Positions 19,681-29,793 of a stretch of 64,000 nt of DNA are shown here, piece by piece. A program made the position numbers and the translations under genes. Within the stretch, counting starts at the first letter, position 1. Every line of letters starts with the position of its first letter. The stretch covers positions 114,959-178,958 of the forward strand of contig CAYTPW010000003.1 in NCBI GenBank assembly GCA_964439935.1, given 5' to 3'. This stretch comes from an uncultured bacterium. Its GTDB lineage: Bacteria > Fidelibacterota > Marinisomatia > Marinisomatales > TCS56. The notes under the pieces are model-generated. The model was not told the DNA's origin, did no database searches, and saw only the letters and a program-made list of their open reading frames with translations.

Positions 19681-20276
19681 TTAGTTTTCTTATCGATACC
19701 CTTCAATTCGAGTAGATATTCATCCAACCACAGCATTTCGCCTTCCCATTGATAGCGGGGTCTGACTGCTACTGCCAGTCGGGCCGGTGAACAATTACTA
19801 TCTTTTAGAAACTGCTCCAGCTTGCCGTATCCTGCGATGATTTCCTGAACACTTTCACGATATTGCTCGAGGCAGGCCAGCACTTCATCCGGCAGTAATA
19901 AATCGCTGTTATAGATACCCACGTGGAAGGGATCTTTCGGCAGTACTGGCTTGCGCAGCAGTTCCCGCAGCTTGATTTCCAGGGCTTCGCGACCAGCATC
20001 GGTTATTTGGAAAACTTTCCGTGCGCGGTTGCCATCTGCCAGTTCTACTTCAGCACTAACGAGTTCTGCCTGTTCCAACTTGTTGAGCAATTTGTAGATC
20101 GACGACATTGACAGGTCGGTCCAGGATCGCATATCCCGATAGTCCACATTCTTTTCGATCTGGTAGGGGTGTTTTGGATTTTCCGCCAGCAAACCCATCA
20201 ATGCGGCTTCGGCGTTGCTAATTTGATATTCACTCATCGACTGCCTTTCTATTAATACAATATAATATACATACAA
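19677..20276 (-). CDS. PadR-family transcriptional regulator
   Basis: Winged-helix PadR core (LLAENPKHPYQIEK...SSIYKLLNKLEQAELVS) plus a C-terminal helical extension. Confidence 0.75.
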   Translation of the reverse strand: MYVYYIVLIERQSMSEYQISNAEAALMGLLAENPKHPYQIEKNVDYRDMRSWTDLSMSSIYKLLNKLEQAELVSAEVELADGNRARKVFQITDAGREALEIKLRELLRKPVLPKDPFHVGIYNSDLLLPDEVLACLEQYRESVQEIIAGYGKLEQFLKDSNCSPARLAVAVRPRYQWEGEMLWLDEYLLELKGIDKKTN

Positions 20277-20362
20277 TATTATACACGAAAATAATAAATA
20301 GCAATAACCATCCTAAATATTTTTAGTTAGCTAACAGGTTAGGCCACTGAAAGGAAAACAGA

Positions 20363-21058
20363 TTAAAACATTTTTTCCAGATACTTCAGCAGGTATTTGC
20401 CATCCGGCCGATCATTGGTATATTGACTAAAATATTTAAATCTCACTATACCGCCTTTATCCAGAATAAAAATTGTTGGTACATTTTGCTCAACAATCGT
20501 TCCGCCTCATTCTTCCCGGAATAACATCAATCCCTCGGAAACAGTGTGATCTTCATCGAACAGAACCGGCAGTTCCAGTTTAAAATTATCAGCTGAAAAT
20601 TCAAAAGTATGGGAAAAAAATTGCTGACAATATTCCGCCCACTCTTTTTGATTTTCTGTAACGCCATCCGGGTTAACCGGATTTTTCCAGCCTTCAATCG
20701 TTGCCAGACTAGTAGGGAAGGTTTCGATCCAGTGGCTGAGCGTATCGCGACTGTATGGTAAAATGAAATATATTTCCAGATCATATTTTTCACGCAGATT
20801 CTCCTGTTTATCAATTACCATCAATTCCAGGTATTGATATTGACAGATCGGGCACCAAACATCTGGAGTTACTCGGCCCCTGATAAATACCAGCATGCTG
20901 TTTTAATCTCCAGATCCGGGTAGCACTACCTGCTCACCGGTTGCAGATTTAAGTGTGATTTCAGGAAATTGTTCGTTTAACGTAATTGGATAAATATTAT
21001 CATTCTGACAGTTTGCCTGACATAGTAATAGTAAAATAATCAACATTAATGTTTGCAT
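20363..21058 (-). pseudogene. Secreted AhpC/TSA-redoxin-like thiol-disulfide oxidoreductase interrupted by in-frame TAA (20903-20905) and TGA (20507-20509)
   Basis: A single reading frame gives a signal peptide (MQTLMLIILLLLLCQANC), then FPEITLKSATGEQVVLPGSGD-TAA-NSMLVFIRGRVTPDVWCPICQ..., then LMLFREE-TGA-GGTIVEQNVPTIFILDKGGIVRFKY...KMF. Family-like sequence continues on both sides of both stops. Confidence 0.6.
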
Positions 21059-21240
21059 CATAATCCATACTCCCAAAATTCTGATGAAATGAATGTCAAG
21101 ATTATTTTTTATCTGGTGGAAAATATTTACTGACTAATTAAATTAAACAAAATCGATTTAATATGAGGTCATTCAGATTTGGATTTCTTCCAACCCAGAG
21201 TTAATATTTCGCCGTCTACCAACCCAATTTTGGAGGAAAA

Positions 21241-21450
21241 ATGAAGTGCAACGTGGGTAAAAAAGACCGCATGATCAGAATTATTATTGGAGTACTAATT
21301 CTTGGTACCCATTATATTTATTACGCCGCTACGGGCTATTACTGTGTCTGGGCAAATATTGGCTGGATTCCATTACTGACCGGTTTATTCAGATGGTGCC
21401 CCACATACATACCGTTAAAAATTGATACTGCTAAGTCAGATAGCGAATGA
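21241..21450 (+). CDS. DUF2892 (YgaP-C-like) small membrane protein
   Basis: 69 aa with MKCNVGKKDRMIRIIIG...GWIPLLTGLFRWCPTY pattern and two TM helices. Confidence 0.6.
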   Translation: MKCNVGKKDRMIRIIIGVLILGTHYIYYAATGYYCVWANIGWIPLLTGLFRWCPTYIPLKIDTAKSDSE

Positions 21451-21723
21451 CTTAGAGGCCAAATTATTTGGGGGATTTGATCGACGAATTGTCGTGAGTT
21501 GAATCTGTTTTGACAAACGGATTATCTAGGTGTTAAATAATTCCGGTATACTTGGTAGCCGTCAGTGGGATTTTTCCATTGGTTAATATTGTTTGGCGAG
21601 CCACTGACTGACATGCAATACAGTTAATATTAACTCATTTGGCAACCAAATAAATTATAAAGTTGTCTTAAATTCGATGGGTAGTCTGACCTTATTAATT
21701 CAAACCAAAATTATAAATATATC

Positions 21724-23646
21724 ATGGAGCTTAATATGCGTTTAGTGAAATTGATCCTGTTGCTGTTAATTACTGTTATTTTTGCCCAGGAACAAATCCA
21801 GGTTGGCAACCTGATTATGGAAAATGTGCCTGAAATACCCGACGAAGTGAAACAGCGCACCCAGCAGTATCGTAATGTACGCTCCGCTTCTTTCCGTTCC
21901 TGGGACCCGCAAGGTTCCGGTATGTTGATCGGTACCCGGTTCGCCGAGACCACCCAGTTACATTATGTCGAGCAGCCGCTCGGAGTTCGGCAGCAAATCA
22001 CTTTTTTCGATGAACCTGTGAGTGGTGGTTCCTTCTGCCCGGCTACCGATAAACACGGTTTTTTATTCAGTAAAGATATTGGTGGAAACGAATATTATCA
22101 GATTTTCTATTTTAATTTAAAAGATGGATCCCATCAAATGCTCACCGATGGCGAATCGCGCAACGGTCTGGGACCCTGGTCGGAAAAAGGAGATCGATAT
22201 GCATTTACCAGCAATATGGGCAATGGTACTGATATGCAGGTTCATATCGGTACTCTCAATGGCGATGCGCCCAAACTGGTAGTACCGGAAGCAGGCTACT
22301 GGTTCCCGACCAGTTGGTCACCGGATGATAAAAAACTGCTGGTAGGACGGTATGTTTCGATCACTGAATCCTATCTCCATATTGTTGATCTTGAAACGGG
22401 TGTGATATCTGAAGTGAATCCAAGCGATCAGAAAATTGGATATGGCGATGCAGCTTTCAGTAAAGATGGCAAAGGCATCTACCTCACATCCGATGAAGAT
22501 ACCGAATTTAAATTTTTGCGCTATTATGATTTAGCCACTGGCGAATCAAAGCGGGTATCGGGGCATATTCCCTGGGATGTAATCGGTTTTACCCAATCTG
22601 ATGATGGCAAATATCTGGCTTATTTGACCAACGAGGATGCCGTTTCAAAGCTTCATGTAGTCCACACCAAGGATAATAAGGAAGTTGATATTCCAGCTTT
22701 ACCGATCGGAGATATTGGTGGGTTGAGTTTCCGGAAGGATAACCGTTACCTGTCACTTTCTTTTGACAATCCGCAAACACCCGGCGATATTTTTGTGATC
22801 GATATTAAGAAGAAAAAACTGGAACGCTGGACCAAGAGCGAGGTTGGCGGGCTAAACACTGCAAAATTCATTTTACCGGAACTGGTGCATGTAGAATCAT
22901 TTGATGGTTTGACTGTCCCGGCCTTTTTATTTAAGCCGCATAAACCGGGTCCATATCCGGTTGTGATTTACATCCATGGCGGTCCAGAGAGTCAGTATAC
23001 ACCATATTTTTCGTCCACGTTTCAGTACTGGATTAATGAATTGGGTCTGGCTGTTTTAGCTACCAACGTACGTGGCTCGGATGGCTATGGTAAAACCTAT
23101 CTTAAAATGGATAATGGTTATTACCGTGAGAATTCAGTAAAAGACATCGGTGCTTTTCTTGACTGGATTGATAATAATCCGGAGTTGAATACGGAAAAAG
23201 TAGCTGTATTTGGTGGATCTTATGGTGGTTACATGGTATTAGCCAGCATGACTCATTATAATGACCGTTTGGCAGCTGCTGTGGATGTAGTAGGTATATC
23301 CAATTTTGTTACTTTCCTGGAAAATACCAAAGCCTACCGGCGTGACGTACGCAGACCTGAGTATGGCGACGAACGTGACCCTGAAATGCGAGCATTCCTG
23401 GAAAGCATATCACCGTCCAATAATGCCCATAAAATATCAAAACCGTTATTTATAGTACAGGGATTCAATGATCCCCGCGTACCGGTGACGGAAGCGGAAC
23501 AGATGCGGGATGTGATCCGTGCCAATGGTGGTGATGTCTGGTATATGGTCGCGATGGATGAGGGCCACGGATTTCGTAAAAAGGTCAACCGCGATCACTA
23601 TTATAACGCAGTCAGTCTGTTCTGGGAAGAATTCCTTTTGAAATAA
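21724..23646 (+). CDS. S9 family serine peptidase (beta-propeller + alpha/beta hydrolase), secreted
   Basis: Signal peptide, PD40-like propeller region, nucleophile elbow GGSYGGYM, and C-terminal D/H region (QGFNDPRV...DEGHGF). Confidence 0.85.
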   Translation: MELNMRLVKLILLLLITVIFAQEQIQVGNLIMENVPEIPDEVKQRTQQYRNVRSASFRSWDPQGSGMLIGTRFAETTQLHYVEQPLGVRQQITFFDEPVSGGSFCPATDKHGFLFSKDIGGNEYYQIFYFNLKDGSHQMLTDGESRNGLGPWSEKGDRYAFTSNMGNGTDMQVHIGTLNGDAPKLVVPEAGYWFPTSWSPDDKKLLVGRYVSITESYLHIVDLETGVISEVNPSDQKIGYGDAAFSKDGKGIYLTSDEDTEFKFLRYYDLATGESKRVSGHIPWDVIGFTQSDDGKYLAYLTNEDAVSKLHVVHTKDNKEVDIPALPIGDIGGLSFRKDNRYLSLSFDNPQTPGDIFVIDIKKKKLERWTKSEVGGLNTAKFILPELVHVESFDGLTVPAFLFKPHKPGPYPVVIYIHGGPESQYTPYFSSTFQYWINELGLAVLATNVRGSDGYGKTYLKMDNGYYRENSVKDIGAFLDWIDNNPELNTEKVAVFGGSYGGYMVLASMTHYNDRLAAAVDVVGISNFVTFLENTKAYRRDVRRPEYGDERDPEMRAFLESISPSNNAHKISKPLFIVQGFNDPRVPVTEAEQMRDVIRANGGDVWYMVAMDEGHGFRKKVNRDHYYNAVSLFWEEFLLK

Positions 23647-23673
23647 AAATATTCACTCCATAAGGTAGCGAAA

Positions 23674-25833
23674 ATGAAAAAATCATTATGGTATGTAGTC
23701 CTATTAATTGCAGTCATGGTTGTTATGAGTTGTAATCGGACTGGTACCACCATTGAGCTAGTGCAAGAGACAGGAGATCCAATATTGAAACCACCCGTTG
23801 CTAAAATCAAACCGTATGAAATGACGCTTTTTGGCGATACCAGGATCGATAATTATTATTGGCTGAAGGAACGGGGCAGTGGCGAGGTGTTGGATTATTT
23901 AAAGGCAGAGAATGCCTATACTACCGAGCTGATGCGGCCGACTGAAGAACTTCAGGAACTGTTATTTGCTGAGATGAAAGGGCGAATCAAAGAATCTGAT
24001 TTATCAGTCCCAGTTAAAAAAGATCAGTATTACTACTATACTCGAACTGAAGAAGGCCGCCAGTATGATATCCATTGTCGCAAATTGGAGAATCTAGACG
24101 CACCAGAAGAAGTGCTCCTGGATGAAAATATATTGGCAGAGGGGAAAGAATACTATAATATTGGTGAATTTGAAGTCAGCCCCAATCACAAGATGCTGGC
24201 TTATTCAGTTGATCTATCCGGTGGAGAACATTTCACTATCTTCTTTAAAGATTTGGAGACCGGTACATTATATCCTGAACAAATTCCTGACTCTTATTAC
24301 AGTCTTGAATGGGCCAATGACAGCCGAACCATTTTTTACACGGTGGTAGATGAAGCCATGCGTCCATATAAATTATTCCGACATACAATTGGGACCAATC
24401 CGTCTGAAGATGCACTGGTTTATCACGAGACCGATGATTCATATTTTTTAAGTATTGATAAATCAAAGAGCCAGGCCTATTTATTCCTGGAACTGGGCAG
24501 TCAGGTCACGACTGAAATACATTTCTTGGACGCCGATGCACCACAGGACACATTTCAGGTAATTCATCCCCGGCAGTACCAGATGGAATATTCGGTTGTA
24601 CATCACGGCGAACGATTTTTCATCCTGACCAACGATGATGCGCTCAATTTCAAACTGATGGAAACACCGGTAACCGCACCTGAAAAAATCAATTGGACTG
24701 AGGTCATCGGGCATCAGGATAAAGTAAAGCTGGATAAAATTGATGTCTTTAAAGATTTTCTGATAGTAGTTGAACGGGATTACGGTTTGCGGAAAATTCT
24801 AGTTCATAATCTATCGGGAAATGATCAATATATTATTGAGTTTCCTGAGGCGTCCTATAAAATATTGTTGGATAAAAATCCTGACTTCAATTCCAATTAT
24901 CTACGCTTCACTTACTCCTCATTTATCACACCTAAATCAGTTTACGATTATAATCTGGTGACCAGGGAAAGAGAGTTGAAAAAGCAGGTTGAAGTGCTGG
25001 GTGACTATGATCCAGCTGATTATGAGACCGCCCGCCTATTTGCCACGGCTGATGATGGCCAGGAAATTCCGATTTCGTTAGTATATCGTTCCGGAATGGT
25101 CCGTAATGGTGAAAATCCGCTTTATTTGTATGGCTACGGCTCATATGGATATAATACCGATCCCAGGTTCAGATCATACCGCTTTAGCTTAATCGACCGG
25201 GGTTTTATCTATGCAATTGCCCACATCCGTGGGAGTAGTTATCTTGGCCGTGGTTGGTACGAGGATGGCAAATTGTTAAATAAAAAAAATACATTTACGG
25301 ATTTTGTAGCTTGTGCCGAGTATCTGGTTGAGAAACAATATACCAGACCGGAAAAACTGACGGCTAATGGCGGTAGCGCCGGAGGATTGTTAATGGGTGC
25401 TATTACCAATCTACGACCTGATTTCTTCAATGTTGTCATCGCTGATGTTCCATTTGTGGATGCTGTAACTACTATGCTCGATGAGTCAATTCCCCTGACG
25501 GTGATTGAATTTGATGAATGGGGTAATCCGAAAGAAGAGGAATTTTACTGGTACATGAAAGAATATTCACCTTACGATAATGTGGCAGCTAAGGAGTACC
25601 CCAATATGTTGATCACTGCTGGTTTAAATGATCCCCGTGTTCAATATTGGGAGCCGGCTAAATGGGCGGCTAAACTGCGGGCAACCAAGACCGATAATAA
25701 TCGGTTATTATTAAAAACCAACATGGGCGCCGGCCATCATGGCGCTTCCGGTAGATTTGACTATTTGAAAGAAATTGCCTTTGAGTATGCCTTTATTCTG
25801 GATTTAATTAATATGACTGACGGGGAACAATAG
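23674..25833 (+). CDS. ptrB: Oligopeptidase B-like S9A prolyl-oligopeptidase family peptidase
   Basis: 719 aa with D.YYWLKERGS N-terminal motif, GGSAGGLLMG nucleophile elbow, GLNDPRVQYWEPAKW, and GAGHHGASGRF. Confidence 0.85.
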   Translation: MKKSLWYVVLLIAVMVVMSCNRTGTTIELVQETGDPILKPPVAKIKPYEMTLFGDTRIDNYYWLKERGSGEVLDYLKAENAYTTELMRPTEELQELLFAEMKGRIKESDLSVPVKKDQYYYYTRTEEGRQYDIHCRKLENLDAPEEVLLDENILAEGKEYYNIGEFEVSPNHKMLAYSVDLSGGEHFTIFFKDLETGTLYPEQIPDSYYSLEWANDSRTIFYTVVDEAMRPYKLFRHTIGTNPSEDALVYHETDDSYFLSIDKSKSQAYLFLELGSQVTTEIHFLDADAPQDTFQVIHPRQYQMEYSVVHHGERFFILTNDDALNFKLMETPVTAPEKINWTEVIGHQDKVKLDKIDVFKDFLIVVERDYGLRKILVHNLSGNDQYIIEFPEASYKILLDKNPDFNSNYLRFTYSSFITPKSVYDYNLVTRERELKKQVEVLGDYDPADYETARLFATADDGQEIPISLVYRSGMVRNGENPLYLYGYGSYGYNTDPRFRSYRFSLIDRGFIYAIAHIRGSSYLGRGWYEDGKLLNKKNTFTDFVACAEYLVEKQYTRPEKLTANGGSAGGLLMGAITNLRPDFFNVVIADVPFVDAVTTMLDESIPLTVIEFDEWGNPKEEEFYWYMKEYSPYDNVAAKEYPNMLITAGLNDPRVQYWEPAKWAAKLRATKTDNNRLLLKTNMGAGHHGASGRFDYLKEIAFEYAFILDLINMTDGEQ

Positions 25834-25995
25834 ATTAATATCAACTAACTCTACAGGGTTGTATTTTATTTGTATCGCTACGCATGGTGTAGTATCGTAG
25901 TTTATAATTTATCCTGAATATAAAAACGGTTACACCAGAGGGTTTGTCACTTTCACCAAGCTGATCAGCGGACTTAAATTCTCCTCAGGAGGATA

Positions 25996-27366
25996 ATGTC
26001 CATGCCCTTACAATCGATCAATCCAGCTACCGAAGAAATCATCCATGAATACAGGGAAATGGATTCAACCGAATGGCAGGTGATTCTCGAACGGGTTCGG
26101 CAGGATTATGAGAATTGGAGTCGATCCGGATTTATCATACGGTCACAATTCATGCGTAATGCAGCGCAGTTGTTACGAGATAGGAAAGAACAGTATGGTG
26201 GATTGATGACCGCGGAGATGGGTAAACCGATCGCTCAATCTTTGGCTGAGGTCGAAAAATGTGCCTGGGTCTGCGATTATTATGCTGAAAATGCCGAAAT
26301 ATTCCTGACTGATGATGAAATTCCAACTGAAATGACCAGCAGCTACGTAGCCTATAAGCCATTGGGAATTATACTTGCGGTAATGCCCTGGAATTTCCCG
26401 TTCTGGCAGGTTTTTAGATTTGCCGCTCCGGCTTTGATGGCCGGCAATGGTGCTGTGTTAAAGCATGCTTCCAATGTCAGCGGGTGCTCCCTGGCAATCG
26501 AAGAAGTTTTTCGCGATGCAGGATTTCCCAGTAATATTTTCCGCACCTTGTTAATCGGTTCGGCGCAGGTCGGGGAAGTGATCAAACAACCACTTGTTCA
26601 GGCCGTAACTCTGACAGGCAGTACACCGGCAGGACAAGCAGTAGCGGCACAGGCCGGTGAAATGCTGAAAAAAACTGTGCTGGAATTGGGTGGAAGCGAT
26701 CCTTATATCATTCTGGCTGATGCCGATTTGGAAGCGGCTGCGGAAGCTTGCGTGTTTGCTCGCCTGTTGAATTGCGGCCAGAGCTGCATCGCTGCCAAAC
26801 GATTTATTATCGTTGAGGATGTTGCTGATCGCTTCGAAAAAATGTTGTTGGAGAAAATGCGCTTAAAATCGGTCGGCGATCCCATGGCAGATGTGGACTT
26901 GGGTCCGCTGGCCCGGATTGATTTAAGGGACGAACTGCATCAGCAGGTCGTTAGCAGTGTAACTCAGGGAGCCAGATTATTGCTGGGTGGTGAAATACCA
27001 GCTGGTGCTGGTGCTTTTTATCCACCCACGATATTAACTGATGTTAAACCCGGTATGCCTGCTTTCGATGAGGAATTATTCGGACCGGTTGCAGCGATAA
27101 CTCGAACCGCTGATACTACTGAAGCAATTAAATTGGCCAACCAGTCTGATTTTGGTCTGGGGGCAGCGGTGTTTACGCGTGACGTGGAAAAAGGCCGACA
27201 GATAGCTGAAGAGGAATTGAAAGCAGGTTGCTGTTTCGTCAATGATTTCGTACGTTCCGATCCAAGATTACCCTTCGGTGGAGTTAAAATGTCCGGCTAT
27301 GGTCGCGAGTTAGGCAGCTATGGAATTCGTGAATTCGTAAACATTAAAACGGTGTGCGTCAAATGA
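25996..27366 (+). CDS. NAD(P)-dependent aldehyde dehydrogenase (succinate-semialdehyde dehydrogenase-like)
   Basis: ALDH motifs LELGGSDP and NCGQSCIAAKRF. Length 456 aa. Confidence 0.85.
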   Translation: MSMPLQSINPATEEIIHEYREMDSTEWQVILERVRQDYENWSRSGFIIRSQFMRNAAQLLRDRKEQYGGLMTAEMGKPIAQSLAEVEKCAWVCDYYAENAEIFLTDDEIPTEMTSSYVAYKPLGIILAVMPWNFPFWQVFRFAAPALMAGNGAVLKHASNVSGCSLAIEEVFRDAGFPSNIFRTLLIGSAQVGEVIKQPLVQAVTLTGSTPAGQAVAAQAGEMLKKTVLELGGSDPYIILADADLEAAAEACVFARLLNCGQSCIAAKRFIIVEDVADRFEKMLLEKMRLKSVGDPMADVDLGPLARIDLRDELHQQVVSSVTQGARLLLGGEIPAGAGAFYPPTILTDVKPGMPAFDEELFGPVAAITRTADTTEAIKLANQSDFGLGAAVFTRDVEKGRQIAEEELKAGCCFVNDFVRSDPRLPFGGVKMSGYGRELGSYGIREFVNIKTVCVK

Positions 27367-27872
27367 AAAAACTAATGCTAATACTTTTGATATTATTACT
27401 TATTCTGTGTGTAGGCACGGCCCAGGAAAATCGAATCTTCTGGGATGGTGGAGACTGGAAAAGAGTTGCCTCCCGAGCCGACCACAATCCTGAATTAACC
27501 TATCGAATTAAAGCTGCCTATGTGAATGGTGCTCTAGATGGTCGTCTGTATTATTATTTAAAGACCTGGGCAATTAAGCAGGCTTTTGCTGATAGTTTAT
27601 ATTCCGAAACTGTGGATTATCTGACCACCCGGGAGCTGGTAAACTCCCTCGATAATTTTTATGCCGATCCTTTGAACTCATACATACCGGTTCCATCAGC
27701 AATCATTGTTGCTACCATGTATGCCGAACAGGTCTCATTGGAGGTAATTGATCAATATATTAAGCAGACCAAATTCTGGATTAATGAACTCCAATTGAAT
27801 ATGGAACGAGAAGGCTGGAACGAATTGCTGGACGCAAAATTGGATAAACACCTGAAGAAAACCGCTGATTGA
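27354..27872 (+). CDS. Hypothetical secreted protein
   Basis: ORF with signal peptide (LMLILLILLLILCVGTAQ). Overlaps the upstream stop by 13 nt. No recognisable family. Confidence 0.4.
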   Translation: MRQMKKLMLILLILLLILCVGTAQENRIFWDGGDWKRVASRADHNPELTYRIKAAYVNGALDGRLYYYLKTWAIKQAFADSLYSETVDYLTTRELVNSLDNFYADPLNSYIPVPSAIIVATMYAEQVSLEVIDQYIKQTKFWINELQLNMEREGWNELLDAKLDKHLKKTAD

Positions 27873-27934
27873 CCTATTAATGTCCGTATCCAGGGATTTG
27901 ATTTTGAAAGATCGTTAGTCTTCAATACTGGCGT

Positions 27935-28681
27935 TTACTCCGGTTCGATTATCTGTCGTATATATGTTTTCATCTTACTATAATGTGATCCCTTCCAATA
28001 TACTTTCCCACAGTCACGACACTGGACGAATTCCTCATAATACCGCTTTGTTTTATCTTCCAGTTTGTCAATGATTATGGTTTTATCCACTGATTCAAGC
28101 GATCCGTTACAGTGCAGGCAGCGGGTAAACGGTTTCAGTTGCTGCCCAAGATAGAACCGCTGTACTATTTCTTTAAGCTGTTGATCCGGATTTGAAGAAC
28201 GGACCAGGTATCCACGCTGAATGATTTTATGCATCAATATCTGACGATCTCCAGTTAATAGAATTCGTTTATGCACCACTACCTGCTCCAGCAGATCAGC
28301 TTTGGTATAAGTGTTTGAATATTCTACATCCAGCCCCAATAAACGCAACTTTCGTGCAAGTTTTCCCAGGTGCACATCTGCGATGAATCGTAAATGTCTT
28401 AAAGGTCGTTCCTGCAGTCTGGTAACATCGGTTATATCCAATGTTTCAAAGACCGGATAGATGCTGATACGGTCCTGATTCTGAACATGTTGATTGAAAT
28501 CCACCGATTGGTCATTTACCAAAACCAGGTCAACCTCGGTGTGTGGGACACCAAACGACTGAATGATATCCATTACAGTCGTTTTATGATCCAGTTGCTT
28601 GGATAAAGTTCTTTTTCGCTGGACTGGTTTCAGAAAATCATTTAATTCTTCATAAAAGCGGATTTGAATGGTGATTGGCAT
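27935..28681 (-). CDS. Ubiquitin-like (beta-grasp) + Mut7-C PIN-like RNase domain protein
   Basis: N-terminus IQIRFYEELNDFL...FGVPHTEVDLVLVNDQSVDF...DRISIYPVFE matches the Ub-Mut7C pattern. C-terminus has RFIADVHLGKLARKLRLLG and a CxxC...CxxC zinc ribbon (CLHCNG...CRDCGKVYWKGSHY). ATG at 28681 lies 1 nt after the upstream stop. Confidence 0.7.
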   Translation of the reverse strand: MPITIQIRFYEELNDFLKPVQRKRTLSKQLDHKTTVMDIIQSFGVPHTEVDLVLVNDQSVDFNQHVQNQDRISIYPVFETLDITDVTRLQERPLRHLRFIADVHLGKLARKLRLLGLDVEYSNTYTKADLLEQVVVHKRILLTGDRQILMHKIIQRGYLVRSSNPDQQLKEIVQRFYLGQQLKPFTRCLHCNGSLESVDKTIIIDKLEDKTKRYYEEFVQCRDCGKVYWKGSHYSKMKTYIRQIIEPE

Positions 28682-28682
28682 A

Positions 28683-29606
28683 TCAAAGCAATCGCTGTAG
28701 TCCGGCTGTGCGGGCAATCTCAACGGCCTTTTGATATTCCAGTGATGTGATTGTGCGATTTATTTCAGGAAAAGAGTTGTCTTTCACCTTATATTGGGGT
28801 CGGTACTGGGTCATTAAATTTATTGCGGTTTCTAATGATATTTCTGTGGCGATGAAGTTGAGTATCTGACTGGTGTCGCTTAAGTGACCAGGCATCAGCA
28901 GATGGCGTATAATTAGACCCCGCTGGGCAATTCCGTTTGAATCCAATATGAGATCACCTACCTGACGGTGTATTTCCTGCAGGTTGCTAATGGCAACCGC
29001 GGGATAGTCTTCAGCATTCAAATATTGTATTGCTGAGTTAGCAGCCAGAAATTTTATATCGACCAGGTAGATATCAACAATCTGATCCAACAGCCTGAGA
29101 GCCGTCAAACTGTCATAACCGCTGGTATTGTAAACCAGCGGGATATGCAATCCCTTATCAATTGCATACGGTAGGCTTTCGAGGATCGGTGCAACGACGT
29201 GTGAAGGTGTTACCAGATTAATATTGTGACAACCCTGGTCCTGAAGCTCAATCATCATGCCTGCCAGTTCAGTCGCGGAAGTCCGGTGATTGTTGATTGA
29301 ATTACTTATTTCCCAATTCTGACAGAAAGCACAGTGCAGATTGCAACCAAAAAAGAAAATCGTTCCCGATCCCCTGGATCCTCTCAGGCAGCTTTCTTCA
29401 CCAAAATGGGGAAAATAGCTGGAAACCTCGGCTTCTCGACCAATGCCACAAACCTTACCCGGTACAAGATTGCGATCCACACGACATTCCTGCGGACATA
29501 AACAGCAATCATTCATCAATTCTTGACCAATTCGAATCCGTTTAGCCAGAAGACCGGAAACAGAAGCTTCCAGATAAACTGGTTCAAATGTTGTTGACAT
29601 GATCAT
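28683..29606 (-). CDS. Radical SAM protein, PflX/PflA-like activase family
   Basis: CNLHCAFCQNWEIS (CxxxCxxC) cluster motif with an additional N-terminal Cys-rich stretch. 307 aa. Confidence 0.8.
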   Translation of the reverse strand: MIMSTTFEPVYLEASVSGLLAKRIRIGQELMNDCCLCPQECRVDRNLVPGKVCGIGREAEVSSYFPHFGEESCLRGSRGSGTIFFFGCNLHCAFCQNWEISNSINNHRTSATELAGMMIELQDQGCHNINLVTPSHVVAPILESLPYAIDKGLHIPLVYNTSGYDSLTALRLLDQIVDIYLVDIKFLAANSAIQYLNAEDYPAVAISNLQEIHRQVGDLILDSNGIAQRGLIIRHLLMPGHLSDTSQILNFIATEISLETAINLMTQYRPQYKVKDNSFPEINRTITSLEYQKAVEIARTAGLQRLL

Positions 29607-29793
29607 TCAATACCGATTTTTCGATCCAAGCTACTATGGGCTGGATCAAGCTTAAATTAATACTATTCAGAATGATCCGCCATAATATTTAACGTGCTGG
29701 CAGTCTGTTCAAATTCTATCCGACCGCTCTTTGAAGAATCGAATCAATTGGTTATTTTCCCGACTTGAATTTCCGAAAACCAATATAGATTAA

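Noticed and set aside
13260-21700. The region downstream of tRNA-Sec was considered as an integrated genomic island or mobile element.
   Set aside because: No integrase, transposase, phage or conjugation genes are present. No long flanking repeat was found beyond a 12-nt match 134 nt away. It is reported only as a possible scar.
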